Source: Gammaproteobacteria bacterium
GTDB lineage: Bacteria > Pseudomonadota > Gammaproteobacteria > GCA-001735895
Length of the DNA: 64,000 nucleotides
Reading direction: 5' to 3'
Assembly (NCBI GenBank): GCA_014382695.1
Contig: JACNJF010000142.1
Span: 8,362 to 72,361, forward strand
Shown: positions 10,646 to 21,439 of the stretch, piece by piece
Layout of the letters: each line of letters opens with the position of its first letter
Position numbering within the stretch: the stretch's first letter is position 1
Position numbers and translations under genes: made by a program
The notes under the pieces: generated by a model
The model's input: only the letters and a program-made list of their open reading frames with translations
The model's database searches: none
Told to the model about the DNA's origin: nothing

Positions 10646-11062
10646 ATGGCCATTGAATTACCGGAAGGCTATACGCCTTCTACCGACGAAGATTATATGT
10701 CGCCCAAGCAGTTAGAGTTTTTTCGTCAGAAATTACTCAACTGGAGAAAGGAGTTATTACAGGAATCAGACAATACTATTTCACACCTCAAGGAAGAAAA
10801 CTGGCAGGAGCCGGATATCAATGACCGTGCATCGCTGGAAACCGATGCGGCCCTCGAACTCAGAACCCGTGATCGTTACCGCAAGCTGGTGAATAAAATC
10901 GACTCGGCTTTATCACGCATCGCTGATGGCAGTTATGGCTATTGTATCGATACTGGGGAAGAGATTGGCATCTCGCGCCTGCAGGCCAGACCGATTGCAA
11001 CCTTAACCATCGAAGCGCAGGAAAAGCACGAACGATTAGAAAAACAGCATAGAGACGACTGA
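10646..11062 (+). CDS. dksA: RNA polymerase-binding transcription factor DksA
   Basis: 138 aa coiled-coil with DxxDxA tip region and C-terminal C4-like zinc finger region (YGYCIDTGEEIGISRL). Confidence 0.9.
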   Translation: MAIELPEGYTPSTDEDYMSPKQLEFFRQKLLNWRKELLQESDNTISHLKEENWQEPDINDRASLETDAALELRTRDRYRKLVNKIDSALSRIADGSYGYCIDTGEEIGISRLQARPIATLTIEAQEKHERLEKQHRDD

Positions 11063-11067
11063 GCTGG

Positions 11068-11100
11068 CATGAGGAGGGTAAAACCTCCTCTTTGTTTTCC
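11068..11100 (+). terminator. rho-independent terminator after dksA
   Basis: gaggagg-gtaaaa-cctcctc hairpin followed by tttgtttt. Confidence 0.5.
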
Positions 11101-11119
11101 TGGTCGCTCATTGTTCCAG

Positions 11120-12085
11120 TCAGGTCTTTAGAGCGCGCGTATCCGATACGGCTTTATGCTGATCTGAGGGTATGCTGGCTTTCTTCGGGTAGGGAACCCT
11201 TGCTGTCGGTACCACTCTCGATGCATCGTCGCAGTGACGATGCTGATCATCAAAAAAGATATGCGGTGAAAAGGATTTCAGCACCCGGTCTTTCGGAACT
11301 CCGCCCAGAAAAAAAGTTTCATCTATCCTGACTTTCCAGGCCCGCAAGGTTCGTATGACCCGCTCATGTGCTGGACTGTTACGTGCGGTTACCAGCGCGG
11401 TTCGAATCATGGTTGGGCCATCGATCAGGCCATCCAGTTGAAATTGCAGGTAGGAAAGGGTTTTTAGCAGTTTGGCAAACGGGCCCTCGGGTAAGGGGAG
11501 CTGGGCATTCTGCTTTTCGTGCTGGATAAACGCTTCCAGACCCTGTGTCTGATAGATTTCCTCGGATTCTTCTGAAAATAACACCGCATCGCCATCGAAA
11601 GCGATTCGAATCTGCTTGAGTGCAGCCCCCGGAGTTTGTGAAGGGCCGTCGTAGATCAAACCCGACGCCACCTGTGATTCTACTGCCGCCTGCACGTCTT
11701 CTTCGGTAGCGGAAAGAAACAGATCCACGTCGAAGGCATTCAGGTATTTGGCGACCGGTTCACCGCCGGTGAAAGCCGCCCGCGTGATATCCAGTTTATA
11801 GTGATCGATTGAGTTTGAAATGCGCAAACTGGTATCCGCCGAGTTGCGCGATACGATGACGACCTCGATATGGCGCTTATTGCGATCGATCTGATTGATT
11901 TTGAGCATCGCTTCAATCAGCGCAAAGCCGGTGCCGGGCTGCAGGATGTCGCTCTCATGCTCCAGCTGATACTGGCAATAGGCCTCCAGACCCTTTTTTT
12001 CGTAGATCTCATTCTCCATACTGAGATCAAACAGGGCGCGCGACGAAATCCCGATCACCAGGTAGTTACTTAAATCGTAGGCCAT
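11120..12085 (-). CDS. 5'-nucleotidase family protein (pfam06189-like)
   Basis: 321 aa cytosolic protein; MAYDLSNYLVIGISSRALFDL... resembles the Legionella-type 5'-nucleotidase family. Assignment from memory. Confidence 0.45.
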   Translation of the reverse strand: MAYDLSNYLVIGISSRALFDLSMENEIYEKKGLEAYCQYQLEHESDILQPGTGFALIEAMLKINQIDRNKRHIEVVIVSRNSADTSLRISNSIDHYKLDITRAAFTGGEPVAKYLNAFDVDLFLSATEEDVQAAVESQVASGLIYDGPSQTPGAALKQIRIAFDGDAVLFSEESEEIYQTQGLEAFIQHEKQNAQLPLPEGPFAKLLKTLSYLQFQLDGLIDGPTMIRTALVTARNSPAHERVIRTLRAWKVRIDETFFLGGVPKDRVLKSFSPHIFFDDQHRHCDDASRVVPTARVPYPKKASIPSDQHKAVSDTRALKT

Positions 12086-12097
12086 ATTGTCGATTGC

Positions 12098-13393
12098 TCA
12101 GTTGAGGGCTTTTATCATGATGCGGGATTTACGGTTTTCATTGTAAGTCTGGCGTTTCTTTTCGGGTAAAAAGTCCAGGCTACCAACATTAAAGCCTTTT
12201 TCCAGAAACCAGTGAGAGGTGCGCGTGGTCAGGATGAACAGGTTTTTCAGTCCTGATTTTCGAGCTTCCAGTTCAACCGCGGTGAGCATCTGATCACCAA
12301 AGCCCGAATTACGATAATCTGGATGTACTGCCACGCAGGCGACTTCGGCCATGCTTGATTTGAAATCAGGAATGCTCGCAATACAGGCGATGATCATGCC
12401 GTCTTTTTCGATCACATGGAAAAAATTAATCTCCAGTTCGAGTTGCTCACGCGAACGCTTGATCAGCGCCCCGGCTACTTCGAGTGGCTGAATCAGTTCC
12501 AGTATTCCACCGATATCATCGATACTGGCTTTACGCAGGCCCTCATAAAAAAGATTGGTCACCATCATGCCGGCGCCTTCGCGCGTAAACAGCTCCTGTA
12601 ACAGGCCGCCATTCAGAGAGTCATCGATAATATGCACGCGCTTTACATTCTTCTTGACGGCCTGGATGGCATGCTGGAGCAGCGCCGCAAAATGACTGGA
12701 TACCTTCTCCTGTTGTAGATAGGCTTCACATTCCTGGGTAGAAAACTGATCGGTTAACGGGTTTTTGATGAATTCGGCATTAAAGAAAATGAGCTTTTCT
12801 GCCTTCAGTGCACAGGCCACTTCGGTTGCCAGTTCTTCCGCCGGTAGATTGAAAATCTCTCCACTCCTGGAGTAACCGATATTGGAGAGCAGAATGACAT
12901 GCTGGTCCAGCAGCTGATCGATCGCCGTAGCATTGATATCTCTGACCTTGCCACTGTACTGCATATCGACCCCATCGATGATACCCAGCGGCATGCCGGT
13001 GACAAAGTTGCCACTGATCACGGATATGTCGGAGCCGGACATCGGGGTATTGGGCAGTCCCATCGAAAGCCTCGCATCAATCGTCTGCCTGACCTGATTG
13101 ATCGCCTGCAGTATGACCGGCATGGTGTCTGCTTCCGTCACCCGAATATCGTGATGGAATCTGGAACAAATCTGATGCAGCTCCAGTTGTTCATCGATCT
13201 GGCTGCGGCTACCATGAATAATCACCAGTTTGATGCCCAGGTGATGGCACAGGGCGATGTCATGAATCAGGTTTTCAAATAAGTCAGAGCGTACCATTTC
13301 ACCCGATAAAACAAGCACGAAGGTTTTTTTACGGAAGGCGTTGATATAGGGGGCGGCGCTTCTAAACCATTGAATATAATCTGAACCGGACAT
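12098..13393 (-). CDS. argA: amino-acid N-acetyltransferase (N-acetylglutamate synthase)
   Basis: 431 aa with an N-terminal amino-acid-kinase fold (FVLVLSGE..., HGSRSQIDEQL) and a C-terminal GNAT domain. Confidence 0.9.
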   Translation of the reverse strand: MSGSDYIQWFRSAAPYINAFRKKTFVLVLSGEMVRSDLFENLIHDIALCHHLGIKLVIIHGSRSQIDEQLELHQICSRFHHDIRVTEADTMPVILQAINQVRQTIDARLSMGLPNTPMSGSDISVISGNFVTGMPLGIIDGVDMQYSGKVRDINATAIDQLLDQHVILLSNIGYSRSGEIFNLPAEELATEVACALKAEKLIFFNAEFIKNPLTDQFSTQECEAYLQQEKVSSHFAALLQHAIQAVKKNVKRVHIIDDSLNGGLLQELFTREGAGMMVTNLFYEGLRKASIDDIGGILELIQPLEVAGALIKRSREQLELEINFFHVIEKDGMIIACIASIPDFKSSMAEVACVAVHPDYRNSGFGDQMLTAVELEARKSGLKNLFILTTRTSHWFLEKGFNVGSLDFLPEKKRQTYNENRKSRIMIKALN

Positions 13394-13558
13394 GAGCTAT
13401 TGCACTTGAGTGGATAAAATAAATTGATCATATATCGATAGTTGCCGGATTGCATCCGCCATTTTACTTTTGAAACTGGATTTAACTCGGTTACAATTGA
13501 GTGCATTATACAGTCTGGAATATCACCAGACGGATAATCACCTGCCGGAAATGGAATC

Positions 13559-14764
13559 ATGAATCACGATCAGGAACTTAGACATACCCTTAGCACCTAC
13601 CATCTCAAACAGCAGGAACTGGTCAACTTTCTTTACAATCGCTTTACGGTAGGCATGATCTTTACCCTGATTGTGGCGCTGGTCGCTTCTGCGCTGGCCA
13701 GTTATGAATTATCTATTCAGGGCAAGGCGCATTGGGCTCTGGTCTGGTTATCCGGGTTAATCTTAATCCAGTATTTCAGGTATCGACTGAAACAAAAATA
13801 TGACCTTTCCAGGGATGAGGATTACCAGAGTCATCATCAGTGGAAACAGCGTTTTATCATCGGTGTTTATCTGGTGGCGTTCTGGCAGGGCCTGGGCGCG
13901 GTTTTGCTGATGCCGTATATCAGCATGAATCTGCAATATATCATCCATGTTTTTTTACTCGGCCTGGGCGCTGGCGCTATTGCCTATCTGGCGACTTCGA
14001 TGATGATTTTTGGGGCTTATCTGATCATTATGATAATGCCGGTCACTGCATACCTTTTCTGGCAGGCTTCTGCCGATAGCATTATCCTGGGCAGCATGCA
14101 TATTTTTATGATGGCGGCTTATTTCTTTGGCGTCAGACGGATGAATAGCATGATCAATGATTCATTGCATCTGCGCTTTGATAATGAAATGCTGGTGAAT
14201 GATTTGCAGCGCCTGCTGAATGCGGTGGCCAGCTCTAATAAGGAACTGGATAAGCTATCCACCACGGATGAGTTAACCGGCGCTTCGAATTTTCGAGCCT
14301 TTCGTGTTGGTCTGGAAGATTATCGTCTGAAGCATATCAGCAGTAAAATGCCACTCACCATCGTGATGGTGAATATTGACAACTATTACGAATACAATGT
14401 GTATTACGGACAGGAGCAGGGTAATAAAACACTGGCCGCGATCGCCAATTTACTGATCAGTGAAATTGTGGTTAAAAACGAAATGGTCGCCAGAATGAAT
14501 GGTGCTGAGTTTGCGATTGTGTTGCCGAATGTTTCGTGTGAAGGTGCCAGAGTCAAGATGGACGATATCATGCAACAGCTTCAGCAGCAGGCAATACCGA
14601 ATGAAAAGTCAAAGATCAGCAATCAGATAACCCTGTCGGTTGGTATCTGCTGTGTGCCGGTCACCGAAAACCTGACCGCCAGAGACTTGATTACACGCGC
14701 TGATAATGCATTGCTGCAGGCTAAAAAGAATGGACGCAACAGGATCGAAGTGATCAATACCTGA
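13559..14764 (+). CDS. membrane protein with degenerate GGDEF domain (NGAEF)
   Basis: N-terminal 6-7 TM region, then a GGDEF-fold domain whose signature reads RMNGAEFAIV. No RxxD I-site upstream. Confidence 0.75.
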   Translation: MNHDQELRHTLSTYHLKQQELVNFLYNRFTVGMIFTLIVALVASALASYELSIQGKAHWALVWLSGLILIQYFRYRLKQKYDLSRDEDYQSHHQWKQRFIIGVYLVAFWQGLGAVLLMPYISMNLQYIIHVFLLGLGAGAIAYLATSMMIFGAYLIIMIMPVTAYLFWQASADSIILGSMHIFMMAAYFFGVRRMNSMINDSLHLRFDNEMLVNDLQRLLNAVASSNKELDKLSTTDELTGASNFRAFRVGLEDYRLKHISSKMPLTIVMVNIDNYYEYNVYYGQEQGNKTLAAIANLLISEIVVKNEMVARMNGAEFAIVLPNVSCEGARVKMDDIMQQLQQQAIPNEKSKISNQITLSVGICCVPVTENLTARDLITRADNALLQAKKNGRNRIEVINT

Positions 14765-14798
14765 GCTCTGTATGGAACAAATCCGGCGCTGGACAGCT

Positions 14799-15710
14799 TT
14801 AGACCGGGCTGCCCATCAGGAATTCGAGCAGTGCCTTTTGCGCGTGTAAACGATTTTCCGCTTCCTGCCAGACTACGCTCTGCGGGCCTTCCAGAACTTC
14901 AGCCGAAACTTCTTCGCCACGATGTGCCGGCAGGCAGTGCATAAACAGTGCATCCGGGTTGGCTGCGCGCATTACCGATTGATTGACCTGAAAGTCGATA
15001 AAGGCTCTTTTCCTTTCTTTCTGTTCCTTTTCCTGGCCCATACTGGCCCACACATCAGTCACAATCAGGTCGGCCTGAGTGCTGGCTTCCTCGCTGCTGG
15101 TGAAGATCTCTACCCTGTCGCTGGCCGTCGCTACGATGTCTGCATCGGGTTGATAGTCGGGTGGACAGGCTATTTTTAGTTTGAAATCAAACTGTTTTGC
15201 TGCATTGATATAGGAATGGCACATATTATTGCCATCGCCGATCCATGCAACTGTGGCACCTTTGATATCTCCGCGCAGTTCAAACCAGGTCTGGATATCG
15301 GCGAGTAACTGACAGGGGTGATATTTATCGGTCAGCCCATTGATAACCGGCCTGGATGAGGCTGCGGCAATGGCTTCTACCCGCTCATGCCCGAAGGTTC
15401 TGAGCATGATGCCATCGACCATGCTGGAAATGACTCTGGCGCTATCTTCCAGTGGTTCACCACGGCCAAGCTGGATATCTCTGGGCGACAGGAACATGGC
15501 ATGCCCACCCAACTGACTCATACCGCATTCAAATGAGACGCGGGTACGGGTCGATGCTTTTTCAAAGATCATCGCCAGCACCTTACCCTGTAGCGGGGTA
15601 TGTGCAACGCCTGCTTTTAAGCGTTTTTTTACATCAATCGCATGCTGCATTAATGCTCTTAATTCGTCGCCTGAAAAATCAAGCAAGCTCAGGAAGTGTC
15701 TAGGTTGCAT
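14799..15710 (-). CDS. argF: ornithine carbamoyltransferase
   Basis: STRTR carbamoyl-phosphate motif, HCLP motif, 303 aa. Confidence 0.92.
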   Translation of the reverse strand: MQPRHFLSLLDFSGDELRALMQHAIDVKKRLKAGVAHTPLQGKVLAMIFEKASTRTRVSFECGMSQLGGHAMFLSPRDIQLGRGEPLEDSARVISSMVDGIMLRTFGHERVEAIAAASSRPVINGLTDKYHPCQLLADIQTWFELRGDIKGATVAWIGDGNNMCHSYINAAKQFDFKLKIACPPDYQPDADIVATASDRVEIFTSSEEASTQADLIVTDVWASMGQEKEQKERKRAFIDFQVNQSVMRAANPDALFMHCLPAHRGEEVSAEVLEGPQSVVWQEAENRLHAQKALLEFLMGSPV

Positions 15711-15725
15711 CGGTTTGTCTGATAA

Positions 15726-16901
15726 TCAGCGGTTGCTAAACTGGTTGATGGTCTGGATTAATATATCGGCCAGCTCTATGGTCTGCTCTGCAGTGATGAT
15801 GAGCGGCGGTAGCAGTCGAATGACCTTGTCGGCGGTGACATTGATTAACAGGCGGTTTTGTAAGGCCAGAGCAACGATTTCTGCACAGTTCTGTTTGAGT
15901 TCTATGCCAACCAGTAGCCCCAGATTACGGATTTCAACGATGTCCCTGTTATCTTTCAACTGCTGCCTGAGATAGTCGGTCAGTTGTTTACCACGTGCCT
16001 GTGCATTCTCTGCCAGCTTTTGATCGCGCATGATCGAGCTGACGGTGAGCGCAACACGGCAGGCAAATGGGTTGCCGCCGAAGGTGGAGCCATGATTACC
16101 GGGCTGGAAAATATTCGCGGCTTTGGCGTTCGCAAGACAGGCGCCAATCGGAATGCCGTTACCCAGTGCCTTGGCCAGGGTGACTACATCCGGTGTTATC
16201 GCCTCATGCTGAAAGGCAAACATTTTTCCGCTTCTGGCCATGCCGGTTTGAATTTCATCCAGCATCATTAACCAGTTGTATTCATCGCAAATGTCACGGA
16301 TTGCTTTCAGGTAACCGGGGTCAGGGATATTGATGCCGCCTTCACCCTGTACCGGTTCGAGCAGAATTGCGACTACGTTACGGTTGCTTCTGGCGATCGT
16401 TTTTAAGGCTTCAATATCATTAAAGGGCGCGCGTAAAAAGCCGGAAACCAGCGGTTCAAAACCCGCCTGTACCTTCCGATTGCCGGTGGCGGATAAGGTC
16501 GCCATGGTGCGTCCATGGAAGCTACCCTGCATCACTACAATTTCGGGTTTTTTGATGTCGTGCTTATGCCCATACAGGCGTGCCAGCTTGATCGCGGCTT
16601 CATTCGCTTCGGCCCCGGAGTTACTGAAAAAAGCCTGTTCCATCCCGGATACTTCACACAGTAAATCAGCCAGTTTCTGCTGGTTTTCAATATGATACAG
16701 ATTGGATGTGTGTAACAGGCGTGCAGCCTGTTGCGTGATGGCCTGGGTGACCGCGGGATGATTATGTCCCAGACTGGTGACTGAGATTCCAGAGAGCGCA
16801 TCCAGATACCGATTTCCCTCACTGTCCCAGATATAGATTCCATCACCCCGGTCAAAACTGACCGGTAATTGCCTGTATGTTGGCATCAGATGATTTGTCA
16901 T
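15726..16901 (-). CDS. argD: acetylornithine aminotransferase (class III PLP aminotransferase)
   Basis: 391 aa class III aminotransferase fold (ILLEPVQGEGG; catalytic-Lys region ...VVTLAKALGNG). Directly upstream of argF. Confidence 0.85.
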   Translation of the reverse strand: MTNHLMPTYRQLPVSFDRGDGIYIWDSEGNRYLDALSGISVTSLGHNHPAVTQAITQQAARLLHTSNLYHIENQQKLADLLCEVSGMEQAFFSNSGAEANEAAIKLARLYGHKHDIKKPEIVVMQGSFHGRTMATLSATGNRKVQAGFEPLVSGFLRAPFNDIEALKTIARSNRNVVAILLEPVQGEGGINIPDPGYLKAIRDICDEYNWLMMLDEIQTGMARSGKMFAFQHEAITPDVVTLAKALGNGIPIGACLANAKAANIFQPGNHGSTFGGNPFACRVALTVSSIMRDQKLAENAQARGKQLTDYLRQQLKDNRDIVEIRNLGLLVGIELKQNCAEIVALALQNRLLINVTADKVIRLLPPLIITAEQTIELADILIQTINQFSNR

Positions 16902-17057
16902 GATACTTCCCGCAAAAAAACGGATTAAGATACTGGTAATTGGAAAAAAAACAAGATTTTTCTACATTAAAGTCCGGCGAGCAATGATTGAGGCCGCTGG
17001 ATTTGAGGGTGTACTTCAGGTTTTCAGGTGGCCAGAGAGCCGGAAGTCAATTAAAAA

Positions 17058-17094
17058 AGGGTTTTTCGGCCGTTAGTGTCGAAAAACCCCTTTA
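17058..17094 (-). terminator. rho-independent terminator after sodB
   Basis: aagggtttttcg...cgaaaaaccctt stem, followed on the minus strand by a T-run. Confidence 0.6.
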
Positions 17095-17111
17095 AAGAGT
17101 AGTCTGAGCGG

Positions 17112-17687
17112 TTACAGGTTGCTGGCTACAAATTCCCAGTTAACCAGATTCCAGAATGCCGCCACGTAATCCGGGCGTGCATTGCGGTAATCGATGTAAT
17201 AAGCGTGTTCCCATACGTCGCAGGTCATCAGCGGAGTGACGCCAGTGGTTAAAGGGCAGCCTGCATTCGATGTTTTTACGATTTCAAGTTCTCCCGCGGC
17301 ATTTTTCACTAGCCAGGTCCAGCCTGATCCGAAGTTGCCAACGCAATCGGCGGAAAAGGTTTTTTTGAAATCAGCAAAAGAGCCGAATTTAGCGTTGATA
17401 GCATCGGCCAGTGCGCCTGTTGGTTCACCACCGCCATTGGGACTCAGGCAGTTCCAGTAAAAAGTATGGTTCCAGACCTGAGCCGCGTTATTGAAAATTG
17501 GGCCGCTGGATTTACGAATAATGTCTTCGAGTGACATGTCAGCAAATTCAGTGGTAGTGATCAGGCCGTTCAGGTTAACGACATAGGCGTTGTGATGCTT
17601 GCCGTAATGGTATTCCAGAGTTTCTGCAGAAATGTGTGGCGCGAGCGCATCCTTCGCGAAAGGCAGTGGGGGTAAAGTAAAAGCCAT
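17112..17687 (-). CDS. sodB: Fe/Mn superoxide dismutase
   Basis: [32 protein letters not shown]..., with the DVWEHAYY motif. Confidence 0.95.
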   Translation of the reverse strand: MAFTLPPLPFAKDALAPHISAETLEYHYGKHHNAYVVNLNGLITTTEFADMSLEDIIRKSSGPIFNNAAQVWNHTFYWNCLSPNGGGEPTGALADAINAKFGSFADFKKTFSADCVGNFGSGWTWLVKNAAGELEIVKTSNAGCPLTTGVTPLMTCDVWEHAYYIDYRNARPDYVAAFWNLVNWEFVASNL

Positions 17688-18126
17688 TTTTAGATTCTCG
17701 TTGGGTCAAATGTGTAAGACGTTGAATAGTCGATATATTTTAGAGAAATGACGGAGGCAATTCAGGCTGAAGTCGATACTTCAGGGTAAATTGTCTCGAT
17801 CCCATCGCTAAAATCGCGCTTTTTTATATCACACAGCGTGATACAGGTAAACGTAAGATATATAGTGTTATTGAGCTTCATATCAAGGCGCCGGGTTGAA
17901 ATTATTTTCCGGAAAAGCGTTTCAGGCCGCTATAAGCCGGTGCATTCTGGTGTCGAATTGGAGCCTCAAATTTTAACTTTTACGGGTCTATCAGGAATCT
18001 GTTATTAACTCTTTTTAGGCATTGAATTGTGGATAAAAACCTTATACCTTGACTTGCCGTGGCAGGGCACCGTCGGGCGAAGTGGCGCGGATCTGGTTTA
18101 TTTTGATGGTTAATAATTGAGGCGAT

Positions 18127-19899
18127 ATGTGTGGTATTTTTGGCGGTCTGAGTCTGTCAGGCGGGGTAATTGATAAAGCAGTTAGTGAGCGCATGTCGCA
18201 TCAGGTAGCGAGGCGTGGGCCCGATGACCGGGGAGAGTTTTACGATCGCTCGGTGATGCTGGGGCATCGTCGTCTGGCGATCATCGATCTTTCTGCAAAC
18301 GGACATCAGCCGATGACCGATGTGCAGCACAACCTGACGATCGTGTTTAATGGGACTATCTACAATTATCCGGAGCTGCGTCAGCAATTAATCGATGCGG
18401 GATGGGCTTTTCAGTCGCATAGTGATACTGAGGTAATTCTAAATGCCTACGCGCACTGGGGGGCATCCTGTGTAGAGCGCCTGCATGGCATGTTCGCTTT
18501 TGCGATATGGGATAAACGCAGTCAACAGCTTTTTCTGGCGCGCGACCGGATGGGTATAAAGCCGCTGTATTATCTGAAAACGGAGCGTTTTTTCTACTTT
18601 GCATCAAACCCGCAGGCGTTGCTGCAAACCGGCATCTGCGACACCGCTCTGGATCCGGTTTCGCTGCATCATCTGTTTACTCTACATGCAGTGGTGCCCG
18701 CGCCCGGAACTCTGTTTAAGGGGGTAAAGAAATGTCCACCCGCGCATAGCATGACGCTGGACATGGCCGGAAAGCTGGAGATTAGCCGTTACTGGCAGCT
18801 TACCGCCAAAAGGCCATTGATCGCCAGATCGGACACCGAATGGAAAGAAGCTATCCACGATGCCTTATTACAGGCGGTGAAAAAACGTCTCACCATAGCC
18901 GATGTGCCGGTGGGTGTATTGCTATCGGGCGGGCTGGATTCGAGTTTACTGGTTGCCCTGCTGGCCGAAGCGGGGGTTAACAATATCAAAACCTTCAGCA
19001 TTGGTTTTGAAGATCAGCCGGAAGAAAAAGGCAGTGAGTTTGAGTTTTCCGACCCGGTGTCGGCGATGTATAACACGGATCATCACAAGTATCTGATTCC
19101 TAATTCAGAGGTTATGCAGCGCCTGCCCGAAGCCGTGCAGAATATGGCAGAACCGATGTTCGGTCAGGATGCGGTGGCCTTTTACCTGTTATCCGAGCAG
19201 GTTTCCCGCTCGGTAAAGGTGGTGCAAAGCGGGCAGGGTGCGGATGAAGTATTTGCCGGTTATTTCTGGTATGCAAGGATGTTAGCCAGTGCCGGTAAGC
19301 CGCTGCAGCGATTTTCCCCCTGGTACTTTGATCGTGATCATGCGGAGTATCTGGAAATGATGGATGCGGTCTATGCGGTAGACGATGTGACTTCTGCGCT
19401 GGTGTCCGATGCCCTGAGCACGGAGTTCAGCGACACTTTCATGGATGCGGTGCTACGTTTTGATACCACTACGCTGGTGGTGGATGATCCGGTCAAGCGT
19501 GTCGATAACATGACCATGGCCTGGGGACTTGAGGCCCGAGTACCGTTTCTGGATCACCATCTGGTCGAGCTTGCCGCACAATGTCCTCCAGAACTCAAGA
19601 TGTTGCATCAGGGTAAAGGCATTCTGAAACAGATTGCGCGTGGAATATTACCGGATGCGGTGATCGACCGACCCAAAGGCTACTTTCCGATGCCCGCGTT
19701 AAAATATGTGCGTGGTGACTTTTATCAGATGATGGCCGATGTGTTAAATTCTCAGCAAAGCCGGGAGAGAGGTTTATTTTCTCGTGCCTATATCGACAAA
19801 CTGCTGGCCGAACCTGAAGCTCATTTTACGCGTTTGAATGGCAGCAAGTTATGGCACTGCGCGTTGCTGGAATACTGGTTACAAACACATCTGGTCTGA
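18127..19899 (+). CDS. asnB: asparagine synthetase (glutamine-hydrolysing) family amidotransferase
   Basis: N-terminal MCGIFGG Ntn-glutaminase nucleophile and SGGLDSS PP-loop. Confidence 0.85.
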   Translation: MCGIFGGLSLSGGVIDKAVSERMSHQVARRGPDDRGEFYDRSVMLGHRRLAIIDLSANGHQPMTDVQHNLTIVFNGTIYNYPELRQQLIDAGWAFQSHSDTEVILNAYAHWGASCVERLHGMFAFAIWDKRSQQLFLARDRMGIKPLYYLKTERFFYFASNPQALLQTGICDTALDPVSLHHLFTLHAVVPAPGTLFKGVKKCPPAHSMTLDMAGKLEISRYWQLTAKRPLIARSDTEWKEAIHDALLQAVKKRLTIADVPVGVLLSGGLDSSLLVALLAEAGVNNIKTFSIGFEDQPEEKGSEFEFSDPVSAMYNTDHHKYLIPNSEVMQRLPEAVQNMAEPMFGQDAVAFYLLSEQVSRSVKVVQSGQGADEVFAGYFWYARMLASAGKPLQRFSPWYFDRDHAEYLEMMDAVYAVDDVTSALVSDALSTEFSDTFMDAVLRFDTTTLVVDDPVKRVDNMTMAWGLEARVPFLDHHLVELAAQCPPELKMLHQGKGILKQIARGILPDAVIDRPKGYFPMPALKYVRGDFYQMMADVLNSQQSRERGLFSRAYIDKLLAEPEAHFTRLNGSKLWHCALLEYWLQTHLV

Positions 19900-20022
19900 G
19901 GTCTGCACCGCCTGCTGCCACTGAACTAAAAACAGTGAGTGCGGTGGGCTTTATTTTTGGGGTGAAGAAGGCTTATAATACCCGACCAAATTACTCAGTT
20001 ATTTATTTAAGAGGTGTGTTAG

Positions 20023-20349
20023 ATGGATGTGTTAGATCGTATTAAAGAGCAGGTTGAGTCAAATCCAATCGTTGTTTACATGAAAGGAACCCCGCAATTA
20101 CCGCAATGTGGTTTTTCCAGCCGTACCGCAGAGGCCTTAATTTCTCTTGGCGTTGAGTTTGCCTATGTGAATGTATTAACCGACCCGGAGGTTTTTCAGA
20201 ACCTGCCGCGTTATGCGGACTGGCCGACCTTCCCACAGGTTTATATTGATGGTGAACTGATTGGAGGCTGTGATATCACGCTGGAAATGAAGCAGTCTGG
20301 TGATCTGGAAAAAATGGCCAAAGCGGCAATCGCGAAGAAGGCCGGATAA
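20023..20349 (+). CDS. grxD: Grx4-family monothiol glutaredoxin
   Basis: 108 aa with CGFS active site (PQCGFSS). Confidence 0.92.
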   Translation: MDVLDRIKEQVESNPIVVYMKGTPQLPQCGFSSRTAEALISLGVEFAYVNVLTDPEVFQNLPRYADWPTFPQVYIDGELIGGCDITLEMKQSGDLEKMAKAAIAKKAG

Positions 20350-20396
20350 AGATTTCCCTGGTTAACTGATCGTCTGTGTGGCAGGCGATCAGTGCT

Positions 20397-21335
20397 TCAG
20401 GCGGTTTCCAGCAAGTCTTTCAAAGGCTGCAGTTTGTGTTCTGTCAGGCGAAGAATTTGTGCCACATCAGGTATGTCACTGACCTGTTCCGAATACCAGC
20501 TGGCAATCGACAGTTTTAGTTTTTTACCCTGTTCCGAGAGCAGGTGAGTATGCTGTAAAACGCTGGCCGCACTACGCTCAAACATGGCTGGATTGAACGT
20601 TGTATGATCGGCATAGGTGATCGCGATAGCGAAAGTGAATTCATCGTAACGTACAATCTGATCCATGGGGCGTAACACCAGTTGCAATGAACTGGATATG
20701 GTTCGGAGCGTGGAGTGCCCCAGTTTAAATGTATCGGAGTTTTCATCTTCACTACCTATCCGGATCAGGCATAAACTGACGCCTCCACCCCGAGTTTCGC
20801 AATGATTGATCATTGCCGACAGTGAGTTTAATAGATATTTGCGGTTGCCCAGTCCGGTATCCTGATCGAGCAGGTTCAGCTGTTTGAAGGTCTGGATATA
20901 GCTGGTCAGGTCGTTGTTCTTTTTACGCAGTGCATTCTGCTGTCGAGCGATTCTGCCGGTGCCATACACGCGTGCTGCGAGCTCGAATTGATTCGCCGAC
21001 TTTGACAGAAAGTCATCAACCCCGCGGTCAAACGCAACCACGATACTGGCGGTGGTATCCTCTGCGGTTAGCAACACAATGCCGGTATAGCGATTATTGT
21101 TCTCATCCCAGCGTCGTATCAGATCGGTCAATTCCAGGCCATTCATTTCCGGCATCCAGAAATCTGCCACGACCACATCTGATCGGCGTTGATTGATCAG
21201 CAGAATGGCCGCATTTGCCGAGTTAGCGGTACGAATATCTTTATAGCCGGCTTTCTTCAGTCCTGATTTAATGACTTCACAGCTGAACTGAAGATCGTCA
21301 ACGACGATAATAGATAGGTCTTCTCTGGGTAACAT
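20397..21335 (-). CDS. response regulator with degenerate GGDEF domain (I-site retained, GG lost)
   Basis: REC domain (VVDDL...D...KSAN), then a GGDEF-fold domain where the signature is RPMDQIVRYDEFTF. The RxxD I-site is present; GG is replaced. Confidence 0.75.
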   Translation of the reverse strand: MLPREDLSIIVVDDLQFSCEVIKSGLKKAGYKDIRTANSANAAILLINQRRSDVVVADFWMPEMNGLELTDLIRRWDENNNRYTGIVLLTAEDTTASIVVAFDRGVDDFLSKSANQFELAARVYGTGRIARQQNALRKKNNDLTSYIQTFKQLNLLDQDTGLGNRKYLLNSLSAMINHCETRGGGVSLCLIRIGSEDENSDTFKLGHSTLRTISSSLQLVLRPMDQIVRYDEFTFAIAITYADHTTFNPAMFERSAASVLQHTHLLSEQGKKLKLSIASWYSEQVSDIPDVAQILRLTEHKLQPLKDLLETA

Positions 21336-21439
21336 GGGAATTGGCAGATTAAAATTTCACTGATTATAGTTGATGTTTCTGAGTTTATAGCGAATATCTA
21401 AAAGCAGGTCATTTTTTGGCATCAGTTAAAGGCTCCGGA

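Noticed and set aside
11092-11331. 79-aa plus-strand ORF
   Set aside because: It overlaps the 5'-nucleotidase-family gene on the opposite strand and has no motif support.
13267-13560. 97-aa minus-strand ORF in the argA/GGDEF divergent region
   Set aside because: It overlaps the argA N-terminus out of frame. The region is more plausibly divergent promoter DNA.
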